Source: an uncultured Spirochaetota bacterium
GTDB taxonomy: Bacteria > Spirochaetota > Spirochaetia > SZUA-6 > Fen-1364
DNA length: 64,000 bases
Assembly (NCBI GenBank): GCA_963734545.1
Contig: CAVTHO010000005.1
Coordinates: 352,001-416,000 of the forward strand
Direction of reading: 5' to 3'
Of the stretch, positions 9,762 through 19,637 are shown piece by piece. Every line of letters starts with the position of its first letter. Position 1 is the stretch's first letter. The translations under genes were made by a program, and so were the position numbers. The notes under the pieces were generated by a model that was given only the letters and a program-made list of their open reading frames with translations, ran no database searches and was not told where the DNA came from.

Positions 9762-9763
9762 TC

Positions 9764-9842
9764 CATCCGCGAGCTCTTGCGCGAACTTGCGCAGTTGCGG
9801 GTTTCATCCGCGAGCACTTGCGCGAACTTGCGCACGTGCGGG
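9764..9842. repeat. Two direct repeats (41-bp period) with internal palindromes
   Basis: catccgcgagctcttgcgcgaacttgcgcagttgcggg / catccgcgagcacttgcgcgaacttgcgcacgtgcggg. Confidence 0.85.
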
Positions 9843-9853
9843 CGAGCGGGCAC

Positions 9854-9883
9854 AAAAAACCCCGGCTCTCGCCGGGGCGTTTT
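9854..9883 (-). terminator. Intrinsic terminator after gap (possibly bidirectional)
   Basis: Minus strand CCCCGGC-gaga-GCCGGGG-TTTTTT. A short T-tract is also present on the plus side. Confidence 0.8.
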
Positions 9884-9897
9884 CGTCCGCTGCGGGG

Positions 9898-11034
<1,137 letters not shown>

Positions 11035-11043
11035 TTATGCGCT

Positions 11044-11490
11044 TCAGGAATCTTCCAGCAGCTTGAACACCGTATCGGTGGCCTGTGCATGGATGATTGC
11101 TTTTCGCTTTTCCTTGTTCCTGATGATGAGCGTGAGCTTCGCCAGGATGCGCAGGTAGTTCTCGTGCTCCTCGGGACCCGCAATCAGGAATGCCAGATGG
11201 ACGGGCTTCTCATCAAGGGATTGCCACTCCACGCCGTCTCTGAAAACGCCTATGGTGATGAAGAAGTCCTTGACCCATTTGCTCTTGATGTGCGGGATGG
11301 CCACGTTCTGGCCGATGCCCGTCGTGACGATGTACTCCCTGTCGAGAACCGCGTTCTGGAATTGCTCGAAGTCGATGACGTGCCGCGGATCGTCCGAAAG
11401 TGCAATGAGCTTTGCCAGGGCATCCTGCTTGTCGCGCGCCTCGAGGAACGCGATACGATCCCGCGCGATATAGTCTTTTAAATTGATCAT
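11044..11490 (-). CDS. PTS EIIA component (Ntr/fructose-mannitol type)
   Basis: DRE..TTGIGQNVAIPH (phospho-His), VEWQSLDEKPVHLAF. Confidence 0.9.
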   Translation of the reverse strand: MINLKDYIARDRIAFLEARDKQDALAKLIALSDDPRHVIDFEQFQNAVLDREYIVTTGIGQNVAIPHIKSKWVKDFFITIGVFRDGVEWQSLDEKPVHLAFLIAGPEEHENYLRILAKLTLIIRNKEKRKAIIHAQATDTVFKLLEDS

Positions 11491-11541
11491 CTCGCCCTTC
11501 AATTTATCGAATTATGGCGAGTGGTGCAAGGCCGCGGCCGC

Positions 11542-12642
11542 TCAGACCAGGTCGGCCCAGACGATGCCCTCGCCGTCCGGAATGCGTCTCTTCGCGCGCG
11601 CGCCCACGACGATGCCGAGGAACTCCGGGCCCAGACCCGGGCGGAGGACCTTTTCCGTGCGCAGGACGGCCACGTCGTTCTCCGCAATCGTCTCTCCGGG
11701 TGAAATCTCGCGCAGGGCGTGGAGCGACCGGTTGGTGAGCCCGTAGTTGTGAAGCTCCGCGCCGGCCAATTCCTTCACGCCGGTGCCGAGCACGGCAGAC
11801 ACCCGGTCATGCCCGTATTCATTCTCCAGCCGCGCGCGCACCACCCTCTCCGTCTCGGTCTCGGCGGCGCGTATTGCCCGCACCATGCGTCTGAACTGGT
11901 CCGGCTCGAGAGCGATCGGATCGTCCAGGCCCGATCCATCCCTCGACAGCGTGAAGTGCTTTTCCACGACGCAGGCGCCGTTCAGAACGGCCAGGGCGGG
12001 CACCAGAACGGGATCCAGCGAATGATCCGAAAGTCCGACCTCGACTCCCAGAACAGCTTTCAGACTGGCGAGAACGGATACATTGTACTGTTCCTCGGGC
12101 GCCGGGTAGGACGTGAGGCAGTGCATGAGAACGGTATTCCGCTTTCCGACAACCCGGAGTGCGCGCTCGATATCGCCGAGGCTGGAGACTCCGGATGACA
12201 GGAAGAGAGGCAGCCCGTAGGATGCCACTTCCTGCAGGAGGGGCAGGTGGTTCAGCTCGGGGGAGGCGATCTTCAGCGCGTGCACGTCCATGGACTTGAG
12301 CTCGCGCGCGCTCCGGATGCCAAAGGGCGAGCACAGGAAAAGCGCCCCGCGCTCCTCGGTGGCAGCCTTGAGCCCGGCATAGAATGAGCTGTCTCTCTCC
12401 AGGGTCCTGAACTGCTCATAGAGGGCGACCTTGCCCGTCGGAAGATCGACGCTGCCCGACCGCGGATGGAGGATTTCCTCCGCGTGCACGAGCTGGAACT
12501 TGATGCAGTCCGCCCCGGCGCGGGCCGCCGCTTCGATGAGCAGGCGCGCCCTGCCGGCGTCCCCCTGGTGCGACGTCCCGATCTCGGCGATGACGAGGCA
12601 CGGCTTTCCCGCGCCGACGTCCCTGTGTGCAAATCTCACCAT
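11542..12642 (-). CDS. N-acetylneuraminate synthase (NeuB/SpsE) family protein with SAF domain
   Basis: IAEIGTSHQGD, ADCIKFQ, KIASPELNH, HCLTSYPAP, GLSDHS, EKHFTL. Confidence 0.9.
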   Translation of the reverse strand: MVRFAHRDVGAGKPCLVIAEIGTSHQGDAGRARLLIEAAARAGADCIKFQLVHAEEILHPRSGSVDLPTGKVALYEQFRTLERDSSFYAGLKAATEERGALFLCSPFGIRSARELKSMDVHALKIASPELNHLPLLQEVASYGLPLFLSSGVSSLGDIERALRVVGKRNTVLMHCLTSYPAPEEQYNVSVLASLKAVLGVEVGLSDHSLDPVLVPALAVLNGACVVEKHFTLSRDGSGLDDPIALEPDQFRRMVRAIRAAETETERVVRARLENEYGHDRVSAVLGTGVKELAGAELHNYGLTNRSLHALREISPGETIAENDVAVLRTEKVLRPGLGPEFLGIVVGARAKRRIPDGEGIVWADLV

Positions 12643-12675
12643 TGCTACTAGGATCGGTGCGTGAGCGCCGGAAAC

Positions 12676-13221
12676 TCAATCCCTGTCTTTACGGTCGAGG
12701 TCCTTGAATATCCTGCTGCCCACCGTGCCGCGCTGGCCCTGATACTTGCCGGTGTAGGGAGTGCGGGTCGCCCTGTCCATGAATGCGAATACGATCTGGC
12801 AGATCCGCCTGCCCGCGCTCAGGCGCAGGGGAAGCCTGTTCGCGTTGAACAGCTCCAGGGTGATGGTGCCTTCGAAGCCGGGATCGACCCACCCCGCATT
12901 CTGGATGAAGAGGCCCATTCTCCCGATCGAGCTCCTGCCCTCCACGAACGCCGTGACATTCGACGGTATCCTGACCACCTCGACCGTGGTGGCGAGCAGA
13001 AAGGAATGCGGCGGGATGATGATCTCGTCTTTCTCTATCTGCACGTAAGGGAGCTCTGCGTCCAGGCTGAGACTCTCCAGGGTGTTTTCATCGATCTTGA
13101 GAAAATGCCGGCCCAGCCGCAGGTCGATGGAGGCAGGCTGCACCTGGTAGGGTTCAATCGGCTCCACGACGATGCTTCGTTCCGCGATCATCTTTCGGAG
13201 CGTCTCGTCCGAGAGGATCAA
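12676..13221 (-). CDS. dcd: dCTP deaminase
   Basis: QPASIDLRLG, EGRSSIGRMGL, AGWVDPGFEGTITLEL, YTGKYQGQ. Confidence 0.96.
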   Translation of the reverse strand: MILSDETLRKMIAERSIVVEPIEPYQVQPASIDLRLGRHFLKIDENTLESLSLDAELPYVQIEKDEIIIPPHSFLLATTVEVVRIPSNVTAFVEGRSSIGRMGLFIQNAGWVDPGFEGTITLELFNANRLPLRLSAGRRICQIVFAFMDRATRTPYTGKYQGQRGTVGSRIFKDLDRKDRD

Positions 13222-14657
13222 TCGTGCGCTCCCCGGGACAGGCTCTCCCGGATCAACCGGGATTTCAGCTCGCTCATGCCGTCGGAAAGGGAGACCTTGT
13301 ACACGTGCGGGTTGATCAGACGCTTGTACGTGTCATCCAGCCGATCCAGCTCGCTGCGCGCGCGGGTCTGAATGGCCGCGATTTTCGGCAGCTCTCCGAC
13401 AATGCGCCCTTCCTTCATGCGCAGGCCGAGCAGGGGCGCCATGTGCGCATAGTTCGCCAGGGTGAAGGACCTGTAGTCTCCCATGGGGTGGTGGAACGTG
13501 TATGCCCTGCCGGGCACCACCGGCTCTTCCTCCAGGCAGATGAGATCCGCAATCGGGCTGCCCCCGCCGTTCGAGAATCGCCAGATCTGCTTGATGCCGG
13601 GGTTGGTCACTTTCTCGGGATTGTTCGACACCTTGATGGTCGGGAGCCAGACGCTCCCGACCCGCTTGGCGGCGATTTTGTACACCCCCGTGAGAGCGGA
13701 GTCCCCCCCGCCGGTCACGAGGTTCGTGCCGACGCCCCAGCTGTCGATCGGCGCTCCCTGCGTAATGAGCTGATGGATGATGTGTTCGTCCAGCTCGTTG
13801 GAGGCGACGATGTCTGCGTCGACAAGACCCGCCTGGTCGAGACGCGCACGCACCACCTTGCTCAGGTACTCGAGGTCCCCGCTGTCCAGCCTGACGCCGA
13901 AGTGCGAATGGCCCGCTTTCTTCAGCTTCTGTCCCACGGCAATGGCGTTCTCGATTCCGCTGCCCAGCGTATCGTAGGTGTCGATCAGGAGGATGGCACC
14001 GTCGGGGTAGACTTCCCCGTACTTCTCGAACGCCTCCCGCTCGTTTGCGAATGCCATGATCCATGAGTGCGCCATTGTCCCCCGCACCGGGATGCCGAAG
14101 CGTTTGCCGGCAAGGGTATTGGAGCTGGCTGTCGCGCCGCCGATGAACGCCGCGCGGGACGCGGAAAGCGCGCCGTCGATCCCCTGGGCGCGGCGCAGGC
14201 CGAACTCGATTATCGCCCCGCCATTCGCCGCAAGCCGGATCCGCGCCGCCTTCGTGGCAATAAGAGTCTGGAAGTTGAGAACAGCCAGGAGAACGCTTTC
14301 GATGAGCTGCGCTTCCATGAGGGACGCGTGCACGCGCACGAGTGGTTCCCCGGGGAATGCCAGCGTGCCCTCTTCCATGGACCAGATATCCCCGCGAAAG
14401 CGGAAATCCGCCAGGTAGTCCAGGAACGTCTTGCGAAACACGCCGAGGGAGTCGAGGTAGGCGAGGTCATCCGGGGAAAAGGTGAGGGACCCGACCAGAT
14501 CGAGGGCGGTCTCCAGCCCGGCGAACACCGAGAACCCCCCGCCAAAGGGCTGTCTGCGGAAGAACATGTCGAAAACGACACGGGGATTCTCCTTGTGGAG
14601 AAAGTACCCCTGCATCATCGAGAGCTCGTAGAAATCAGTCAGGAGAGTGACGTTCAT
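13218..14657 (-). CDS. pncB: Nicotinate phosphoribosyltransferase
   Basis: LLTDFYELSM, EFGLRRAQG, GTMAHSW, LIDTYD, GVRLDSGD. Confidence 0.97.
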   Translation of the reverse strand: MNVTLLTDFYELSMMQGYFLHKENPRVVFDMFFRRQPFGGGFSVFAGLETALDLVGSLTFSPDDLAYLDSLGVFRKTFLDYLADFRFRGDIWSMEEGTLAFPGEPLVRVHASLMEAQLIESVLLAVLNFQTLIATKAARIRLAANGGAIIEFGLRRAQGIDGALSASRAAFIGGATASSNTLAGKRFGIPVRGTMAHSWIMAFANEREAFEKYGEVYPDGAILLIDTYDTLGSGIENAIAVGQKLKKAGHSHFGVRLDSGDLEYLSKVVRARLDQAGLVDADIVASNELDEHIIHQLITQGAPIDSWGVGTNLVTGGGDSALTGVYKIAAKRVGSVWLPTIKVSNNPEKVTNPGIKQIWRFSNGGGSPIADLICLEEEPVVPGRAYTFHHPMGDYRSFTLANYAHMAPLLGLRMKEGRIVGELPKIAAIQTRARSELDRLDDTYKRLINPHVYKVSLSDGMSELKSRLIRESLSRGAHD

Positions 14658-14665
14658 GGGGAGTA

Positions 14666-14738
14666 TGGAGGATGGGGGATTCGAACCCCCGACCTACAGA
14701 TTGCGAACCTGCCGCTCTACCAACTGAGCTAATCCCCC
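14666..14738 (-). tRNA. tRNA-Ala (CGC), CCA not encoded
   Basis: GGGGGAT/ATCCTCC acceptor stem with G3:U70, TAGCTCAGTTGGTAGAGC D-arm, anticodon loop TT-CGC-AA, GGTTCGAATCC T-arm. Confidence 0.96.
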
Positions 14739-14770
14739 TCAGAGGAGACGTGGCGCCCCCTCCCGGCGCA

Positions 14771-14800
14771 ACTATAAGCAACGTAACGGATTGAGGTCAA
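14771..14800 (-). promoter_or_regulatory. sigma70-type promoter of tRNA-Ala (and probably pncB-dcd)
   Basis: Minus strand TTGACC-18-TATAGT. Confidence 0.6.
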
Positions 14801-14844
14801 GACCCCGGAGGGTGAGGGCGCGGGAAGCTGTCCCTCATGTCGAC

Positions 14845-15057
14845 TCAGGAACCACGCTCGAGCTGCTTGAGATTGCCTTCCGAGTCATGCTTATCGATAA
14901 AATCCGACATGCGCTGATGCTGTGTGAACAATTCGTCAAATTGCAGCTCCGTCATGCCCAACCCAAGACAGCGCGCTTTCAGGTTGCCGCCGAGGATCTT
15001 GCACAAGGCAACGGAGTTGTCGAAGACTCTTCTTGCTTCTGTATCGCTCATACTCAT
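14845..15057 (-). CDS. Small hypothetical protein (70 aa), visibly AT-richer
   Basis: AAAGGTG SD then MSMSDTEARRVFDNSVALCK...ERGS*. Confidence 0.5.
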   Translation of the reverse strand: MSMSDTEARRVFDNSVALCKILGGNLKARCLGLGMTELQFDELFTQHQRMSDFIDKHDSEGNLKQLERGS

Positions 15058-15103
15058 TGTAACACCTTTCAATATAACATCTTCATTGCGAGTTGTCGCT
15101 CCC

Positions 15104-15697
15104 TCAAAGCATGTTGGCGTGCGGGGAGGCCGTGTGCGGAAATCCGGCCGCCGCCCTGGCCGCCGCAGCTCCGGCGCCCCAGGCCACTTCATTCGCAAGG
15201 CGCGCCCCTTCCCACTCGATACGCTGAACAGGGATGAACAGGTCCAGACCGATGCTCTGATTCCAGCCCGCCGCGGTCCCGGTGGACTCGTGGGAGCGGT
15301 CGTCATAGAAATACACACAGTCAGTGGCACCCTGAAAAACCGCATCGTCGTACAGGGGGATCACGTATCTCCAGTCTTCCGTGGGATCGTATTCGTCGTT
15401 TCCGTTCCGGTCATCCCACAGGATCAGGTAGAGGTAATGCCCGGCCGACGGGGTGAGCGAGGAGACGTCGACCCTCAGGGAGAAGCTTCCCCCTGCTGTG
15501 CCGAAAGAAGCGACGCTGCTGACCCGGCGCGCGGGGGGGCATTTCGGTCTGAGCTGGGAGGCGTAATAGAAATCGTGGCAATTCGTGTAGAAGCACCCCA
15601 GCTTCACGTCTGGAGGCGCGTCACCTATGAGCAGGACTTCACCTTTGACCGTCCATTTTTCCAGAGACTGGGGAGCAAGTCTACAGGGAGAAGCCAC
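15104..15697 (-). CDS. Hypothetical protein with a DxDxN-like (DRNGNDEYD) loop; start uncertain
   Basis: 197-aa ORF. The upstream in-frame ATG (15736) has a strong SD but is cut off by a TGA. Confidence 0.5.
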   Translation of the reverse strand: MASPCRLAPQSLEKWTVKGEVLLIGDAPPDVKLGCFYTNCHDFYYASQLRPKCPPARRVSSVASFGTAGGSFSLRVDVSSLTPSAGHYLYLILWDDRNGNDEYDPTEDWRYVIPLYDDAVFQGATDCVYFYDDRSHESTGTAAGWNQSIGLDLFIPVQRIEWEGARLANEVAWGAGAAAARAAAGFPHTASPHANML

Positions 15698-15831
15698 GAT
15701 TCTTCAGAGGAGCAAAAGGGACAACGGTGACGACATCGCGAATCTCCTCGCTCGAGTTTTGAGACGGATTATATCACGAGCTGTCAAGAGACGATTGCAG
15801 GGGCAGCGCCCGTTCATGCTATAGTGCGCGG

Positions 15832-16833
15832 ATGCAAAAGACGGTCGGTGCATGCTTTCTGATTGTCCTGGCTGCGCTGTGCGTGAGCGCGGCGCCGAAT
15901 GCGGCCGCGGATGACAACCGGCTGAGCTTCTTTGTCGAGCCGCTTCTGCAGAAAGGCCTCGGGGGAACCGCGTACGATCTGTACTACGACAAAGGAGGCG
16001 GACAATCAGACCTCAGCCGCCTGGAGTTTCCGATGGCTTCACTGGAAGCGGGCATCACCGCGGGTCTCTCGATCGAGAAGAACGGGAAGAAGGCGTGGCT
16101 CTTCGAGGCATCGATTGCCCACTCCACCCTCGCCTGGCAGGCCCGGATGCATGACTACGACTGGTTTGGTCTGTCAGGCTATCCGAGCATTCCCTGGAGC
16201 TATACCTATTCCATCGATACGACGACGAGCTGGCGTGCCTCGGCGGACGCGGCCTGGACGTTCAGCACTCTCGGGCCGCTCTCGCTTTCCCTCTATGCAA
16301 CCTATCGTTACCAGTATGCCTTTCACGTTGAAGACACATTCACCGGCTGGCAGTATGACCAGGTCGCCGGGACTGACTTTACCCTCGTCCCATGGTTTGT
16401 GGACCCGGCGCCTGCTGGCATTGAATACACGCTCACCGCCCATGAGCCCGGGCTGGGGCTCTTGGCTGACATGGAGGCTCTGCCGGGGCTGAGCCTCGAG
16501 CTCCGCGCGGCTTTTACGCCGGTCTATATTTCCGACGTCGACGATCACAAGCTGCGGACAAAACTGTCTACCGCATCGGGTTGGGGTGCAGGCCTGTACG
16601 CCAACCTCAGGGCGGTCTACCAGTTTCCCAAATACTACAAGGGCTTTTCTTCCTATATCGCCCTGGATGGCGAGCTCATCTATTATTCGGTATCCACCAC
16701 CCAGACCCAGTATTGGTACGGCAACCTTGATGCGGCCAACGGCGCCCCCCAGGGAACGAGGTATACCGGCGTCGGGCATGTTGTCACCAGCACGCAGTTC
16801 CAGATTGGACTGAGGTTCGGTTTCGCGTTCTAG
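15832..16833 (+). CDS. Omptin-family outer-membrane beta-barrel protease
   Basis: Signal peptide, SRLEFP, MHDYDW, DDHKLR (D-x-H), C-terminal Phe. Confidence 0.75.
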   Translation: MQKTVGACFLIVLAALCVSAAPNAAADDNRLSFFVEPLLQKGLGGTAYDLYYDKGGGQSDLSRLEFPMASLEAGITAGLSIEKNGKKAWLFEASIAHSTLAWQARMHDYDWFGLSGYPSIPWSYTYSIDTTTSWRASADAAWTFSTLGPLSLSLYATYRYQYAFHVEDTFTGWQYDQVAGTDFTLVPWFVDPAPAGIEYTLTAHEPGLGLLADMEALPGLSLELRAAFTPVYISDVDDHKLRTKLSTASGWGAGLYANLRAVYQFPKYYKGFSSYIALDGELIYYSVSTTQTQYWYGNLDAANGAPQGTRYTGVGHVVTSTQFQIGLRFGFAF

Positions 16834-16866
16834 CGCGAGGCCCTCCAGCGCCGCGCCTGACGCGCT

Positions 16867-17081
16867 TGCTCGTCGGCCCTCGCCATCCAACTCCGCGGGA
16901 TACCGCGGAAGGTCTACGGGCCTCCTTGCGCAGGCTCTCGGCGTTTGCGCTGCAAACGCCTGCCGCCCTGGGCATCCCTGTGCTCGTCGGCCCTCGCCGT
17001 CCAACTCCGCTGAGTACCGCGGAAGGGCTACGGTGCGCCTTCCGTGCATCCCTGCACGCGGCGCACCTCGCCATCCCTGGC
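16867..17081. repeat. Composite REP-like palindromic element with two 53-bp direct repeats
   Basis: 16867-16919 and 16981-17033 are near-identical. Hairpins ggcgtttgc/gcaaacgcc and gtgca-tccc-tgcac, recurring (G/C)CATCCCTG. Confidence 0.8.
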
Positions 17082-19522
17082 TACGCGATAAGCACCTGGG
17101 GCGCCTCCTGCTTCACCTTGTCGGTGAGCGCCGCCTTGAGCGCATCGTCGATCTTGTCCACCAGGACGAAGCTCATCTTGCTCCTCACATCCTGAGGCAG
17201 ATCCTCGAGGTCCCGCTCATTCCGCTTTGGAAGGATGACGGTGGTCAGTCCCGCTCGATGGGCCGCGAGGACTTTCATCTTCACTCCGCCGATTGGCAGG
17301 ACGCGCCCGCGCAGGGTCACCTCGCCCGTCATGCCGACATCTCCGCGGACCGGCCGGCCCGAGAACAGGCTGGCAATGGCCATGGTCATGGCCACGCCGG
17401 CTGAAGGGCCGTCCTTGGGCGTGGCCCCTGCCGGCACGTGTATATGCAGATCCGTCTGGGCGAATGTGTCAGGATCCACGCCGAGCTCCACGGCCTTGGA
17501 GCGCACGTAGCTCAGCGCAATGCGTGCGCTCTCCCGCATCACGTCACCCAGCTGCCCGGTGAGGGTGAAATCGCCTTTGCCCTTCATCCGGGTTGCCTCG
17601 ATGAAGAGGATGTCCCCTCCGACCGGGGTCACGGCAAGACCGGTGGCGATGCCGGGGATCTCGATAGATTCGGAGGTTTCCGATTCGAATTTCTCCTTGC
17701 GAAGGAGCTCACGCACGACATCGGGTGTAATCTCCACGGCCACACCGCTTTCCGTCCCGCTTCCCGCGGCGATCTTTGCCACGCTCTTTCGGCAGATGGC
17801 GCCCACCTGGCGCTCGAGGTTGCGCACGCCCGCCTCACGCGTGTAGTCCTGGACGATCTTGCGCAGCGCCTCCTCGGTGAACACGACCTCGCCCTCGCGC
17901 AGCCCGTTGGCCGCGAGCTGCCGCTTCACCAGATGCTCCTGCGCTATCTTTACCTTCTCGTGCTCCGTGTAGCCGTCCAGGTGGATTATCTCCATCCTGT
18001 CGCGCAGCGGCGCGGGGATGGGCTCGAGCTGGTTGGCCGTGGTGACGAACATCACGTCGCTCAGGTCAAAGTCCACGTTGAGGTAGTGGTCGCGGAACGT
18101 CCCGTTCTGCGCCGGATCCAGCACTTCCAGCAGCGCGCTGGAAGGGTCGCCGCGCCAGTCGCTTCCCACCTTGTCGATCTCGTCCAGCATGAACACGGGA
18201 TTGCGCGTGCCGGCGCGCTTGATGGCCTGCATGACCCGGCCGGGCATGGAGCCGATGTAGGTACGGCGGTGGCCGCGGATTTCCGCCTCGTCGCGCATGC
18301 CGCCCAGGCTCATCCGCGTGAACTTGCGGCCCAGCGCCCGGGCAATGCTCTGCCCGAGGGAGGTTTTGCCGACACCGGGAGGTCCCACGAAACAGAGGAT
18401 GGCGCCCATCGCCTTTCCCGTTTTCCCGTCCTCCGCTCGGTCTTTCTGAATGCCGCGTTCCTTGAAGAGCTTGCGCACGGCGAGGAACTCGATGATGCGG
18501 TCCTTCACCTCCTGCAGATCGTAGTGGTCCTCGTCGAGCACCTTGCGCGCGTTGACCACGTCCAGCTGATCGTCGCTGGAGACGCTCCAGGGCAGCTCCA
18601 CCATCCAATCGAGATACGTCTTGATCATGGAGTGCTCGGCCGCCTGGGGAGGCATGCCGGAGACCCGCTTCAGCTCACGCTCGGCCTCCTTGCGCGCTTC
18701 TTCGGGCAGGTTGGCCTTGGCGATCTTTTCCGTGTACTCGGCCACGATGGACGAGGAATCGTCCATCTCTCCCAATTCCTTCTGGATCGCTTTCATCTGC
18801 TGGCGGAGGAAGTATTCCCGCTGGTCCTTTTCCATTTCCTCCTTCGCTTCCGTCCTGATCTTCTGGCCGAGGCTCAACACCTCTTTCTGATGGCCCAGCT
18901 GGGCGATGAGGGCGCGGAGCTTTTCCTTCACCGAGTCCATCTCCAGTACCCTCTGTGCCTCGGCAGGCTCGAGCTGGCCATTGGCTGCCACCAGGTACGC
19001 GAGGTATCGAGGATCGGTGATCGTGGCGAGGAATCGGGCCGCTTCATTGGGGATATTCGGGGAGAGCTCCACCACCTCGCGTCCCAGCTCGCGCAGGCTC
19101 GCCATGAGCGCTTCGATCTCGAGGTCGGATTCTACCGTCTCGGGAGCGGGCGTGATGCGGGCCCGCAGATACTGCTCGGAGGGAATCCAGTGCAGGACGC
19201 GGAAACGCTCCAACCCCTGGACCACGACTTGCATGGTGCCGTCCTGCCCGCGCACCACGCGCAGTATCCTCGCCACGGTGCCGATCTCGTGCACCTGGCC
19301 GGGGAGCGGTTCTTCGATCGTCGCGTCCTTCGACGCGACCAGGCCGACCAGGTTGTCCGCCTGCATGGCGTCCTCCACGAGCTTCACGGATCGGGCAATG
19401 CCCACCGCAAGCGGGATGACGGAAAAGGGAAATGCAACGGTATCACGCAGCGGCAGGATCGGGAGCTCCTTCGGGATGCTCACCGATTGCTCGCTGTTTT
19501 TCGGTCTCAAGAAACTTGCCAT
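17081..19522 (-). CDS. lon: ATP-dependent Lon protease
   Basis: LON_N domain, GPPGVGKTS, RGHRRTYIG, PKDGPSAG, GGVKMK. Confidence 0.98.
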   Translation of the reverse strand: MASFLRPKNSEQSVSIPKELPILPLRDTVAFPFSVIPLAVGIARSVKLVEDAMQADNLVGLVASKDATIEEPLPGQVHEIGTVARILRVVRGQDGTMQVVVQGLERFRVLHWIPSEQYLRARITPAPETVESDLEIEALMASLRELGREVVELSPNIPNEAARFLATITDPRYLAYLVAANGQLEPAEAQRVLEMDSVKEKLRALIAQLGHQKEVLSLGQKIRTEAKEEMEKDQREYFLRQQMKAIQKELGEMDDSSSIVAEYTEKIAKANLPEEARKEAERELKRVSGMPPQAAEHSMIKTYLDWMVELPWSVSSDDQLDVVNARKVLDEDHYDLQEVKDRIIEFLAVRKLFKERGIQKDRAEDGKTGKAMGAILCFVGPPGVGKTSLGQSIARALGRKFTRMSLGGMRDEAEIRGHRRTYIGSMPGRVMQAIKRAGTRNPVFMLDEIDKVGSDWRGDPSSALLEVLDPAQNGTFRDHYLNVDFDLSDVMFVTTANQLEPIPAPLRDRMEIIHLDGYTEHEKVKIAQEHLVKRQLAANGLREGEVVFTEEALRKIVQDYTREAGVRNLERQVGAICRKSVAKIAAGSGTESGVAVEITPDVVRELLRKEKFESETSESIEIPGIATGLAVTPVGGDILFIEATRMKGKGDFTLTGQLGDVMRESARIALSYVRSKAVELGVDPDTFAQTDLHIHVPAGATPKDGPSAGVAMTMAIASLFSGRPVRGDVGMTGEVTLRGRVLPIGGVKMKVLAAHRAGLTTVILPKRNERDLEDLPQDVRSKMSFVLVDKIDDALKAALTDKVKQEAPQVLIA

Positions 19523-19637
19523 GATGTTCACTCGTCCTTTCGCTGGGGAGAAGATACTAGCACATTCCGAATTCACAAAATCGCCCCGCAGCAAGATCCG
19601 GGTTGCAGTCCCCCTTTCCTGCCGCTACATTCGCCGC

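Noticed and set aside
14845-15110. AT-richer patch next to tRNA-Ala as an island
   Set aside because: It lies on the tRNA 5' side, with no duplicated tRNA fragment and no mobility gene.
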